A stretch of DNA of 36,077 nucleotides from Octopus bimaculoides (Eukaryota), in contig NC_068995.1 in assembly GCF_001194135.2 (NCBI RefSeq), positions 42,178,448 to 42,214,524 on the forward strand, given 5' to 3'. Shown here piece by piece: positions 24,452 through 35,301 of the stretch. Within the stretch, counting starts at the first letter, position 1; each line of letters starts with the position of its first letter. A program made the translations under genes and the position numbers. Under the pieces are notes generated by a model that saw nothing but the letters and a program-made list of their open reading frames with translations, searched no databases and was not told the origin of the DNA.

Positions 24452-24582
24452 TACGACGGGTTTTCAGTTCCATGTACCAAATCCATCCACAAGGCTTTGG
24501 CCGGCCCGAGGCTATAGCAGAAGTTACTTGCCCAAGGTGCCACGCAGTGGAACTGAAACCAGAACTATCTGGTTGGGAGGCA
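24452..24582 (-). mobile_element. SINE family A, 5' half
   Basis: ccgaggctatagcagaagttacttgcccaaggtgccacgcagtgg. Confidence 0.85.
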
Positions 24583-24684
24583 ATTATTGCTAATAATTGT
24601 TGATATAAGCCTGAAACTTTAAGGTCCAAGGAATTATGGGTTGGGAAGTGTGCATTTGTAATCTATTTATATCTATCTACGCAT

Positions 24685-24739
<55 letters not shown>

Positions 24740-25096
24740 GGATGAATAGGCAATTAGACATCAATGACAATTGTGCATTGACTTTGAAAATATAATATTT
24801 AATCTCTAGAGAGTCTATATTATAGACTCCATAGTTTCAACAAATTGCGTGTACTTCATCAGTTTCCTACATACAGCTTTGACAGCTGTCTTGTTCTAGG
24901 AGATGGTTTGTCGCCAGGAATCCAGAAATTTGACCTCTGACGTTACCGTTCTCTCTTTACTTATTTATTTCCCTTCATTCTGTTGTTAGTGTTTTTTTTC
25001 ATTCTTGAGATGTGAGGTAATAAGTCTCAAGCTGATAAGTTCTAGAAAAATAAATTGACTGTTATTGGCAAACAGGCACGACTTGATTGTTTAAAC

Positions 25097-25191
25097 CATG
25101 GTTTCGCTTATTGTTTGAAGTGTCAATGTGGTCGCGAGCAGACATAAGTACTGTCTCGACCCTTCCAACTGAAACATTGAAGATGTGACTT
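25097..25191 (-). CDS. Candidate 95-nt exon (SHIFNVSVGRVETVLMSARDHIDTSNNKRNH)
   Basis: Very strong acceptor ttttctttcttttcatccctacag|, weak donor G|gtttaa; phase-compatible with the 24257 acceptor. Confidence 0.25.
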
Positions 25192-25494
25192 CTGTAGGGA
25201 TGAAAAGAAAGAAAATGCTGCATTAGCAATCGGCTGGTGCTTATTTTCGTTTAGTAGATTAAACGCAACTTGAATTGAAGTGCCTAGCTCAAGGACACAA
25301 CGCTCTACTTGGACTAAGAATCGATTCCACGAACTTAGAATCATGGATCCAACACCCTCATTGATGGAAATGCATCGGTAGATATATGAACGATGAAGTG
25401 AGAAAATACTGGTAATGTTAGTTCCTTGGGAAGAGAAAAAATGTGGGAGAATGAAGGGAGGTTCAGTTCGTATAGATGCATATTTTGTGCTTAG

Positions 25495-25618
25495 GTCTAA
25501 AGACAAAGACAAGGAAAGAATTCCAGAGGGATGGCATTCAAAGGAAGAAGGAGTGAGTGCAGAGCTTAGTGTCGGGAGCTTCAGTCGCAGACACTCCACA
25601 GATGATGGAGGTTTCTGA
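25495..25618 (+). CDS. Candidate coding-like island (SKDKDKERIPEGWHSKEEGVSAELSVGSFSRRHSTDDGGF*)
   Basis: Raised GC, E/D/K-rich codons, acceptor tattttgtgcttag|, internal donor GGA|gtgagt at 25553. Strand and frame not certain. Confidence 0.25.
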
Positions 25619-26399
25619 GAGGAGGATGCTGATGCAAAACCAGTGAACTCCATGGAACATCGGTCTCTGTTGGAATCAGAAAGTGTTGTTGTTAAGCCCG
25701 AGGTCACTCCTAGTCAAAAGCATTCCAGTCTTGACCACACCCTTTTTTTTCCTACGCAGAACAAACCAGGCACCACCTTCAACTTGTCCTTTTCGAAGAT
25801 AGTCGAGATTGACATTTGGCTGCTATTTCTAACAGAAATACCGCAGACGAAATACCGCCAAGCATTTCGCCCAGCGGGCTAACGCTTCTGCCAACTTGCC
25901 GCCTTTTTACGCCAATATGTTTCCATGGTCTTTTATATATTAGGGATTTGAAGGAACATTTAGTTGCTATTTCTTGCAGGTTGTTGTGTCCACGTATAGG
26001 CTTCTTCTCTGACTTGCCAGCCGACGACGAGTTATGTAATGATTCACACACACACACACACACACTGGGACACAGTCTAAAGAACATGTATCAATGCATT
26101 GAACTTTAAAAAATATCAGAGTATATGTATATATTTATTTATTTTATTTATTCATTTATTTATAGCTACTGTCACCACCCCTCACGTTACTGCTATCACC
26201 CGCCACCTCCGCCACTGACCACACAAAACTCTAATCACGTTATTATCGATGTTGTTCTATCTGTTTGATCATGGTTATTGCTTCCTTAAACATATTCCAT
26301 GTGCCACTGATAACGTGGACATTGGCACATTGATCTTTGTTTGATTGATTGATTTATAGATTTTTAGTTTAGTTAATGTAGTTTTTTTTTTCTCACAGA

Positions 26400-26665
26400 T
26401 ATCATCGTCAACATCATCATAACCATCAACATCATTATTATTAGGCTCATCATCATCCTTATCGTCATGATCATTATCATCACCATCATCTCCATCATCA
26501 TCATCATCATCATCATCATTATCATCACCTTCATCATCACCATCATCATCATCATCATTATCATCACCTTCATCATCATCGTCGTCGTTATCCTCAACAT
26601 CGTCACCAAGAACATTGTCATCGCGGTCGTCACCGTCATCATCAACAACGATATCGTCGTCATCA
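26400..26665. repeat. Degenerate (CAT/CGT)n trinucleotide array
   Basis: Direct reading; source of the poly-D, poly-I and poly-M ORFs. Confidence 0.9.
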
Positions 26666-26680
26666 TTATCATCACAGCCG

Positions 26681-27268
26681 AGTCTATTGTGCAAATTGCT
26701 CCACCACCGTCCCTCAACAGGGAAGGCAAGGCATTGTTCATCATACTGGTGGCCATGGTGAAAGAATGTGTGTGGTGGACCCGAGCGAAAGGATTAGAGA
26801 CGAAAACTTACCTCTCTGGCCAATCGCTCATCAACTTTTTCAAGTACCACTTGAAAAGGAAGGTGAGAATAGAGAGAGTTTTTGTCTCGTGAAAGTTTCA
26901 TTAAAAGGTGGGTGAATGTAGCAAAGATGGTGCGTGCGAGTGACGATACCTCTTTGAGCATGATCCTATAAATCGAGAAAAAAAAGAAAAAAAAAAAGAG
27001 AGAGAGAGAGAGCACTTCGCTCTCATGTGTCTATTCCCTGCTGAGGTTACCATGGTCTTTCCGTAGGCTTTTCTCTCCATGGATAAACCTAATGTTACCC
27101 CATTTTACACAATTGACATTTTCTGTGATATACGATACCCGTCCCCCTTTTTTTTTTGCCCCTACCGATCCCTTTTGATCGGATTTGTTTTTTTGTTTTT
27201 TTAAAGAAAAGCTGTACAGTTGTATTTGTCCGCCCTGTGTGCAGCCCTGTGTGGCTAATAAAAGAAAG
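26681..27268 (+). mobile_element. 5'-truncated L1/Tx1-clade LINE: ORF2 C-terminus plus 3' UTR, 15-bp TSD
   Basis: ESIVQIAPPPSLNREGKALFIILVAMVKECVWWTRAKGLETKTYLSGQSLINFFKYHLKRKVRIER, then a 1-nt frameshift, then SRESFIKRWVNVAKMVRASDDTSLSMIL*. The UTR ends ctaataaaagaaa. TSD ttat(c/t)atcacagccg at 26666-26680 and 27269-27283. Clade assigned from recalled ORF2 C-terminal motifs. Confidence 0.75.
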
Positions 27269-28060
27269 TTATTATCACAGCCGTCGTCTTTGCCATCATC
27301 AAGTTTCGTCATCATGAATCAATATCATTGTCATTATAGCAATCATCATGATAACATCATTATAGCCGCCGATTCACCACTACGTTAAAGACAAAACAGA
27401 ACATAAACAGCATCCATACAATACTCGCTTCACCATGTTCTTTTATAAATTATAAAAATTTTAAGCTATCCTAATTTTGTGAAACCTATTAATTTTTCTT
27501 CTCTGAATTCTGTCAGATCCTCACAATGGGAAATAGCCAGATAAGACATTCCATTTGTAACCATCCTATATATATATATACATATGCTTGAAATACATCG
27601 CCCCCAGGATCATATGGGTGTGATGGCGTAGCAAAATTTGTTTCCAGTGCCCTACATGGTGTTTAAATACAGGCTTCTCCATTTAAGGAAACTGTTCTAT
27701 ATCTGTATGCTATATGTTCCCTTTATTTTGTATTTACAAGTGCGATACTCGTCCTTTTGCTAACCGTAAGATAGTAAAATCTTAGTTCAAAGTGTTTCTA
27801 TATTTAAAATACTCCTGTAATATAAAATATTAAATAGTCATGATGGGTATACTGGGCTTCGTATATTTGTATATAATGTCACTTTGAAGGCATGCGCTGC
27901 CCTTGCGCTCAATAATAATAATAATAATAAAATGAAGATCAAATAAATGGTGAAAAATAAGGCCAATACCAAGTATGACAATATCTGTTTCAACACACGT
28001 CTTCACATCAAGAATCGTGCCACACAAATATATAAACATAAAATATTATATTAAATTCAC

Positions 28061-28180
28061 TTTCTTTGGGCAAATTATCAAAAATTTGGTCGTCTTCCCA
28101 GTGAAGGCTTAATAAATAATCATTTAGTTGTGTAACTAATAACTCAACTATGAGTCCACCGCTTCTTACAGTGGAAACAG
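28061..28180 (-). CDS. Candidate 120-nt symmetric exon (VSTVRSGGLIVELLVTQLNDYLLSLHWEDDQIFDNLPKE)
   Basis: Acceptor cttcattatcttacag|, stop-free frame, donor A|gtgaat; phase 1 to 1. Confidence 0.3.
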
Positions 28181-28330
28181 CTGTAAGATAATGAAGTTCA
28201 TATAATAACGGTTTATACCTTTGTCATCACATTATCTTATTACCGCTCTGTCCTCGACTAACGCTTCGTTCAAAAGCGTTTGTATATTGAGTTCTACACC
28301 AGGATATCACTATCGCAATGCCTAAGCGAA

Positions 28331-28550
28331 ATATTGATTTCAAATTTTGGCACAAGGCCAGCAAGTTCGGGGGAGGGAGTAAGTCGATTAGATCGACTCC
28401 CAGGGATCAACTGGTACACTTTTTATCGGCCCCGAAAAGATGAAAGGTGAAGTCGACCTCGGGGGAATTTGAACTCAGAACACGAAGACAGGCGAAATGC
28501 CGCTTAGCATTTTGCTCGGCGTGTCAACCGTTCTGCCAGCTCACTGCCTT
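28331..28550 (-). mobile_element. SINE family B, full length
   Basis: caaattttggcacaaggccag...gaatttgaactcagaac...ttctgccagctcactgcctt. Confidence 0.9.
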
Positions 28551-28610
28551 GCATAAGCAAAATGTTATGACATTATACGCACACACATGTATATACACAT
28601 ACATATATAT

Positions 28611-29026
28611 GGTGATCCTTCGGTAGTAGTCCGAAAAAGGTCATTTAGACCACGTGTGTTTATTTGCATCACTTCGGCATTTTCCGTAAAAAGTGTTGGG
28701 TTAGGGAAGTGGGAAAGGACGCGAAAGAGAGAGAGCGCGATTTCTTTTGAAGTTGGCATGCTACTTACCCCAGTGGCTGTGGTAAGCATCAAACAACAAG
28801 CAAAAGCAAAAAAAAGACAGACCTTCTCTCTCTCTCTATCTCCCTCTCTATCTTTCTTAACCCTCACCACTAACCCTAACCATAAAACTAACCCTAAAAC
28901 CCAACCCTGACACTAAAACCCTAACCCTAACACCCTAGTGAAGATTGTGCGGGTGTTACGGAAAAGGCCGATCTTTGGTAAAGATCGCCGAAGACACTTT
29001 TTACGGACTGGTATCGAAAGATCGCC
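28611..29026. mobile_element. MITE with about 33-bp imperfect TIRs and telomere-like (CCCTAA) repeats
   Basis: Left ggtgatccttcggtagtagtccgaaaaaggtc versus reverse complement of the right end ggcgatctttcgataccagtccgtaaaaagtgtc. Subterminal inverted motifs tcggcattttccgtaa / ttacggaaaaggccga. Flanked by (TA)n. Confidence 0.7.
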
Positions 29027-29339
29027 GCATATATGTGCATATATATATATATATGCACACACGCTACGCGCATATGCATATACACACATACATAAATCAA
29101 AGTTGTTACATTGTCACTTAGTCCGACATATTCTGTGTATTTGACTTAAATTAGACTTCTTACTCTCTTATGTAAATAAAAGTATATTTGCATGTAACCG
29201 GAGCGTAAGGTATAATATTTGTTATACAAAGAGTGGTGCAATCGGAAATCACCAACCGAAACAAGCGTCAGTATATGGATTACGCTTATCTTTTACTAGG
29301 ACCAAGCTTTCAAGAGGAAACTCAACCGGCCTCAGAGAG

Positions 29340-29380
<41 letters not shown>

Positions 29381-29559
29381 TTGTTTCAGTCACTTGACTG
29401 CGGCCATGCTGGTGCACCACCTTAAGGGGTTTTAGCTGAACAAAGCGACCCGAGTACTTATTCTTTGTGAGGCTAGTACTTATTCTATCGGTTTCTTTTG
29501 CCGACCCGCTAGGTTACGGGAACATAATCAAAACATCATCGGTTGTTAAGCGATGGTGG
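29381..29559 (-). mobile_element. SINE family A, 3' fragment
   Basis: ttgtttcagtcacttgactgcggccatgctggtgcacc. Confidence 0.85.
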
Positions 29560-29644
29560 ATACACACACGCATATATCTATCTATCTATCTATCTATCTG
29601 TCTTTCGCCCTCTATTTCTCCCTATCTCTATCACTCTCTCATAA

Positions 29645-29790
29645 TTAACTGAGTGATCAGTTAATTATGATTTTATTCAACATATTTCCCTCTCAGATTC
29701 ACACACTTATTGCAGAAGTCTTTCAATTTATCTAAACTTTGTAAAAGAACTCGTAAGTTAGGGCTTCGAATCAGACCTTCGACGATTCCT
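29645..29790 (-). pseudogene. Mariner-like transposase C-terminal fragment
   Basis: Minus frame ends ...DFCNKCVNLRGKYVE* (stop at 29675-29673), resembling the mariner C-terminal KC...G.YVE motif. Confidence 0.45.
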
Positions 29791-29845
29791 TTAGAGCCAA
29801 AAACCTTTCAGCATCCCAGAGTATATACGTAGTACATTCATCCGT

Positions 29846-30218
29846 TGTTGTTGGCACTCCGTCGCTTACGACGTCGAGGGTTCCAGTTGATCCGATCAAC
29901 GGAACAGCCTGCTCGTGAAATTAACGTGCAAGTGGCTGAGCACTCCACAGACACGTGTACCCTTAACGTAGTTCTCGGGGATATTCAGCGTGACACAGTG
30001 TGACAAGGCTGACCCTTTGAAATACAGGTACAACAGAAGCAGTGAGAGAAAGTTGTGGTAGAAGAGTGCAGCAGGGTTCGCCACCATCCCCTGCCGGAGC
30101 CTCGTGGAGCTTTAGGTGTTTTCGCTCAATAAACACTCACAACACCCGGTTTGAGAATCGAAACCGCAATCCTATGACCGCGAGTCCGCTGCCCTAACCA
30201 CTGGGCCATTGCGCCTCA
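29846..30218 (-). mobile_element. SINE family C, full length, 12-bp TSD ACATTCATCCGT
   Basis: TSD at 29834-29845 and 30219-30230; A and B boxes intact. Confidence 0.95.
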
Positions 30219-30507
30219 ACATTCATCCGTACATATACGTAGACATACATTTGCATGTATGACCACAATACGCTAACATTGACTCGTCGTCGCTTCAGTG
30301 TAACTTGTTTCATAGAGCGTAGAGGCGAGCAGCTAGCAGGTAGCATTGTGATTAAAAAACGACTAAACTCTACAAGCATCTAGTAATGAGGCCACTGTTT
30401 CATATCATACAGTACCACCCGTGTTGATATTAGCACACGATAAACACGGATTAATATTTAGAAAGACAACACAAGAAACATAAACACGATGTAAAAAATT
30501 AAGGAAA

Positions 30508-31034
30508 GGCGTAGGAGTGGCTGTGTGGTAAGTAGCCTGTTTACCAACCACATGGTTCCGGATTCAGTCCCACTTCGTGGCACCTTGGGCAAGTGTCTTC
30601 CACTATAACCTCGGGCCGACCAAAGACTTGTGAGTGGATTTGGTAGACGGAAACTGAAAGAAGCCCGTCGTATATATGTATGATATATGTATGCGTGTGT
30701 ATGTTTGTGTGTCTGTGTGTCCCCCCCCCCAACCACCGGTGCTGGTGTGTTTACGTTCCCGTTACATAGCGGTTCGGCAAAAGAGACCCATAGAATAAGT
30801 ACTAGGCTTACAAAGNNNNNNNNNNGTATGTTTGTGTGTCTGTGTGTCCCCCCCCCCAACCACCGGTGCTGGTGTGTTTACGTTCCCGTTACATAGCGGT
30901 TCGGCAAAAGAGACCCATAGAATAAGTACTAGGCTTACAAAGACTAAGTCCTGGGGTCGATTTGCTCGACTAAAGGCGGTGCTCCAGCATGGCCACAGTC
31001 AAATGACTGAAACAAGTAAAAGAGTAAAAGAGTA
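30508..31034 (+). mobile_element. SINE family A, full length and young-looking, spanning a 10-N gap
   Basis: ggcgtaggagtggctgtgtggtaag...aagtaaaagagtaaaagagta. Confidence 0.92.
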
Positions 31035-31745
31035 ACCCGCTGTGTGCGTGTGAGTGAGTGAGTGACTGAGATGAGACAGTGAGAGAGAGAGGGAGAGAGA
31101 GAGGGAGACTGTGTTTGTGTGTGCAAATTAGTTTTGAAGTAATGTGTCCTCCATCCATGGTTTGAACCGGCGTACATGTTTACTGCAGAAACATTAATGA
31201 AGAATGACACACCTAGGAAGGTCTTTCTTTTTCTTTACTACAACCTGTATATAGGGGCAAGCATGGTCGAAAGCTTAAGCTCCATTTGCATGCAATCACA
31301 TGGATTCGAATTTAGTCCCTACGCAAGTGTTATCTACTATAGCCCCGAGCAGACCTTGTAAGTGAATCTGTTTCACCGAGTACCATATAACCGATTCATC
31401 TCATATATATATATATATATATAAGAACATTATTACTCCTAAGACTAATAACGTTAGTGTGTATAATACATGTATATATATTTATTTATTATACACACCT
31501 TCGAGATCATGACAAGGATGCAGATATTAATCAAAAAATCAATCAATCAATCGATCATCTAATCAGTCAATTTTTCAATCTATATCAATGCATCGATACG
31601 TTACAATCACTTGAGAATTTCAATCAGTGTAGGCATTCACGGAACTATTGGAAATAAAGAGACAAACAGATAGATCGATAGATAGATAGACAGATAGATT
31701 AAAATCAATCTGGTTCTGTATTTATTTGTATGTCTGTCTCTCTTT

Positions 31746-31816
<71 letters not shown>

Positions 31817-33136
31817 GGAGTTAGATGGGAAGGCAGATAGAATGTGTGCGTGCGTGCGTGTAGATGGGAGTTACATGCATATATCAATCTCTCTCCTTTT
31901 AGCGGATCAATAACTTCAATAGATTTATCAATATCTACAGTGAGTGAAACTCCCAAGTGATCGCAACGTATCGATACATTAATATAATTGAATAATTGAC
32001 TGATTAGCTGACTGATTAATTGATTGATTGCCTGATTGATGTATTGGTTTATTGATTACAAATTTGGTTATGTAATGTATGCATACTTATATATGTATAC
32101 ACATATACACTGTATGTGATTATATACGTTTTATATATGCACTATACTTATATACATGCATACATACGTACGTACATACATACATATTTAGCATGGATCT
32201 TCAGTATCTAGGTTCAAATCTTGTTGAGGTTACCTTTGCGTTTCATTCTTCTGGGGTTGCTAAAATTAAGTACTTGTCGAATACTGGATAATTCTATGAC
32301 TACACCCCACATTCTCCAAATTCCAGGTCTAATCTAGGAATAATTATTTAAAAAAATGTATTCTAGAATATATTCTTGAAGACATGTTAGGGTGGTGGAT
32401 AAAATGCCCTGCTGTATTTAGGTACATTCCTTTAAGTTCTGGATTCGAATCCAGTGGATCTGGACTTAGCTTTCGTTCTTTAGGAATTGATAAATAAAAT
32501 ATCAGCTCGGGGAGTTGGACTGAACACTGTGTAAGATTTCTTTCAATTCTTTACATTCCGAGTTCTTGCTGCCTGTGGCCAAAGCTAAACACGAGACAGA
32601 CCGTGTGGGTACATCGTTGAATCTACAATTGTCCAGCAAGAACAAGTACACATATAGACAAACATCGGTGCAGCAAATAGTGACGGTTTGTTGAGTCTTT
32701 CATCCAGTGATGGAACGATAATGACTAAATGGAATAACATGAGGAGTGTTTGATGTGTCGATATTGTATTGATGATATTAACTGTGAAGTAATAAATCCG
32801 TTGAACTTGGATGTTTTATTTAAAACCATTCAAGTTTATTCTCTTGGTAGTACAGATTAGTAGACATCAACGTTACTAGGATTCGAACATTACACTAAGT
32901 TTCCGCTTCACTCAAAAATTATCGATTTAGGAATGAAGCTGTTTTTAACGTTTTTATCATAAACTTCGCTTTTATAATTCGTTTAAAAAAAATGTCAGTA
33001 TAATGCATTTCTAGTATTAATGTACAGTGAAGTATGGTGTTTAAAAAAAATGTTCGATAACAGATATATTTTATATGCGTGTGAGAATCGGTGTGTGAGT
33101 TGGTCTTGTTGTTCAGGTCTAAGTTATGTCCAGCTA

Positions 33137-33512
33137 GTGGAGGCGCAATGGCCCAGTGGTTAGGGTAGCGGACTCGCGGTCATAGGATCGCGGTTTCGAT
33201 TCCCAGACCGGGCGTTGTGAGTGTTTATTGAGCGAAAACACCTACAGCTCCACGAGGCTCCGGCAGGGGATGGTGGCGAACCCTGCAGTACCCTTTCACC
33301 ACAACTTTCATTCTTACTTCCTGTTTCTGTTGGTGCCTGTAATTCAAAAGGTACAGCCTTGACCATGCTGAATATCCCTGAGAACTACGTTAAGGGTACA
33401 CGTGTCTGTGGAGTGCTCAGCCATTTGCACGTTAATTTCACGAGCAGGCTGTTCCGTTGATCGGATCAACTGGAACCCTCGACGTCGTAAGCGACGGAGT
33501 GCCAACACACAC
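33137..33512 (+). mobile_element. SINE family C, full length
   Basis: gtggaggcgcaatggcccagtggttaggg...gcgacggagtgccaacacac; imperfect flanking repeat ccag(c/t)ta. Confidence 0.95.
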
Positions 33513-33750
33513 ATACCCAGTTAAGAAAACCTATGATGACGAGCGTTCCGTCTGTGGCTATCGCATCTTTTTGATGATGTACCGAGGATCTAATTCGTCA
33601 CCTTGCTTGACAGTACTTCCGTCAGGGATTTAGCGCTAAGGATGCGTCACTTTTTGTGGAGGAAGCTTTGAAAAGGTCCCTGGGAGTTGTCCCACCTCCT
33701 CTGACTAAGTAGTATATAAAAGCCGACAACGTTATGTGATATCTTCCGCT

Positions 33751-34272
33751 CAGGCATGTCTGTGTAGTTAGAAGTTTGCTTTACAACCACATGGTTCCAG
33801 GTTCAGTCCCACTGCGTGGCACTTTGGGCGAATGTCTTCTACTATAGCTTCGGGCTAACCAAAGCCTTTTGAGTGAAATTAGTTGACGAAAACTGAAATA
33901 AAAGCCTACCGTACACACACACGTATACACAAACGCACAACCAGTTACGCACTGGGGTCGGTATAATCGACTTAATCCGTTTGTCTGTCCTTGTTTGTCC
34001 CCTCTGTGTATAGCCCTTTGTGAGTAGTAAAGAAATAACACACGTATACACAAACACGTGTGTGTGTTTGTGTCCGTTTGTTCTCCACCACCACTTGACA
34101 ACCGGTGTTGGTGTATTTATGTTCCGTAATTTAGTAGTTCGGCAAGGAAGACCGTTAGAATAAGTACCAGGATTAAAAGAAAGCAAGCAATTGGGTCTAT
34201 TCCTACGACTAAAATTCTTCAACACTGCGCCCCTGCAAGGCTGCAGACTAACGACTGAAAAAATAAAAGACA
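33751..34272 (+). mobile_element. SINE family A with a nested insertion
   Basis: Head, CORE-like domain and tail present; middle microsatellite interrupted at 33935-34037. Confidence 0.85.
33935..34037 (+). mobile_element. 5'-truncated SINE with a family-B-like body and a tail like the LINE 3' end, 18-bp TSD
   Basis: TSD ACACACGTATACACAAAC at 33917-33934 and 34038-34055; tail tttgtcccctctgtgtatagccctttgtgagtagtaaagaaat. Confidence 0.75.
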
Positions 34273-34286
34273 ATATAAAGTGGTAA

Positions 34287-34604
34287 GGTGAGAATTCGTG
34301 GCTAGGTTATTCGGCTCACGATCACAAGATCGTGAGTTCAATTCACGACGACGCGTTGTGTCCTTGAGCAAGACACTTTATTTCACGTTGCAGCAGTCCA
34401 CTCAGCTGGCAAAAATGAGTTGTATCTGCATTTCAAAAGGTTCAGCCTTGTCACATTCTGTGTCACGCTGAATCTCACCGAGATCTATGTTAAGGGTACA
34501 CGTCTCTGTGCAGTGCTCAGCCACATGCACGTTAATTTCACAAGCTGGCTGTTCCGTCGATCGGATCAACTGGAACACTCGTCGTCGCAACCGACGGAGT
34601 GCCA
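34287..34604 (+). mobile_element. SINE family D: tRNA head, CORE-like domain and family-C 3' tail
   Basis: B box gagttcaattc, gttgtgtccttgagcaagacacttt (CORE-like), then cagccttgtcac...gatcggatcaactggaac...gacggagtgcca shared with family C. Confidence 0.8.
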
Positions 34605-35126
34605 GCGTTAGTGCATATTTTTGTAGTTGTTTTCTGATCAGTGTTGATCAAGCAGAAATGTGTTTACATGTTGCGGGATGTATATATAGAAAGTTAGGAT
34701 TTCATTGTTGTATAAACGCAGTGTCGACGAATGGCTAAGAAATTCTCTTCGCAGTCACGGGGGTCACGAGTTCAATCCTACAGTTGGATATCCTGGAAAT
34801 GTGCCTTTTATCGTAGCCTCGGTTTAATCTAAGACTTCTGGGTTAAATTAGGGAGAGAAGAAACTGTATAGAAGCTCGTCGGTTACTTTGTAACTGTAAT
34901 TCAAAAGTACTGCCTTATCTTATATGATATTACGCTGTTTCTACTCGAGCATTGTGTTAAATGGGTATGCGTGTTTGGGAATATTCAGCCAATTATGCCA
35001 GTACACTACCACCTCAACACAACCAGAATAGTTACTACAACACCACCACAGTAAATACTACTACACGAAAAACCACCAAACCACAGAAGACCACCACCTA
35101 CACCATCACACTACCATATCACATAC

Positions 35127-35301
35127 TGGTGCTCCGCAACCTTTTATCACTTGCGGCACACTTTTCAAAATTCGGCGACACAACTGAATTAAAAGTATAA
35201 CTAAAAGTATAGAGAAAATTATATTCAGGTTACACTGCGGCACACTAAGCATCGCCTCGTGGCACACTAGTGTGCCGCGGCATACCGGTTACGGAGCTCA
35301 G
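35127..35301. mobile_element. hAT-superfamily MITE, 8-bp TSD TCACATAC
   Basis: TSD at 35119-35126 and 35302-35309; decayed 15-bp TIRs (tggtgctccgcaacc / ggttacggagctcag); internal palindrome ggcacactagtgtgcc. Confidence 0.75.

Noticed and set aside
24811-24861. GAGTCTATA-T-TATAGACTC palindrome and a nearby minus-strand CUGAUGA...GAAA
   Set aside because: No credible stem II or U-H cleavage site; short AT-rich palindromes are common.
25123-25707. 194-aa minus-strand ORF
   Set aside because: It runs through a SINE fragment and a dispersed repeat, is Ser/Leu-rich like an antisense frame, and has no usable donor.
26275-26756. Asp-rich (139 aa) and Met-rich ORFs
   Set aside because: Translations of a (CAT)n array with no splice signals or non-repetitive content.
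26812-26965. Apparent minus-strand exon (IMLKEVSSLARTIF...) as part of a host gene
   Set aside because: It lies wholly antisense to the LINE ORF2 C-terminus inside a TSD-bounded insertion; kept only as a cryptic-exon finding.
28858-28936. CCCTAA repeats as a true telomere or fusion site
   Set aside because: Short, degenerate and enclosed by the TIRs of a MITE.
32540-32800. Several 40-65-codon open frames on both strands with possible splice sites
   Set aside because: Equally plausible readings on either strand and no recognisable homology; cannot be supported.
33137-33215. tRNA-like sequence with A and B boxes
   Set aside because: It is the head of SINE-C, not a tRNA gene; no acceptor stem closes.
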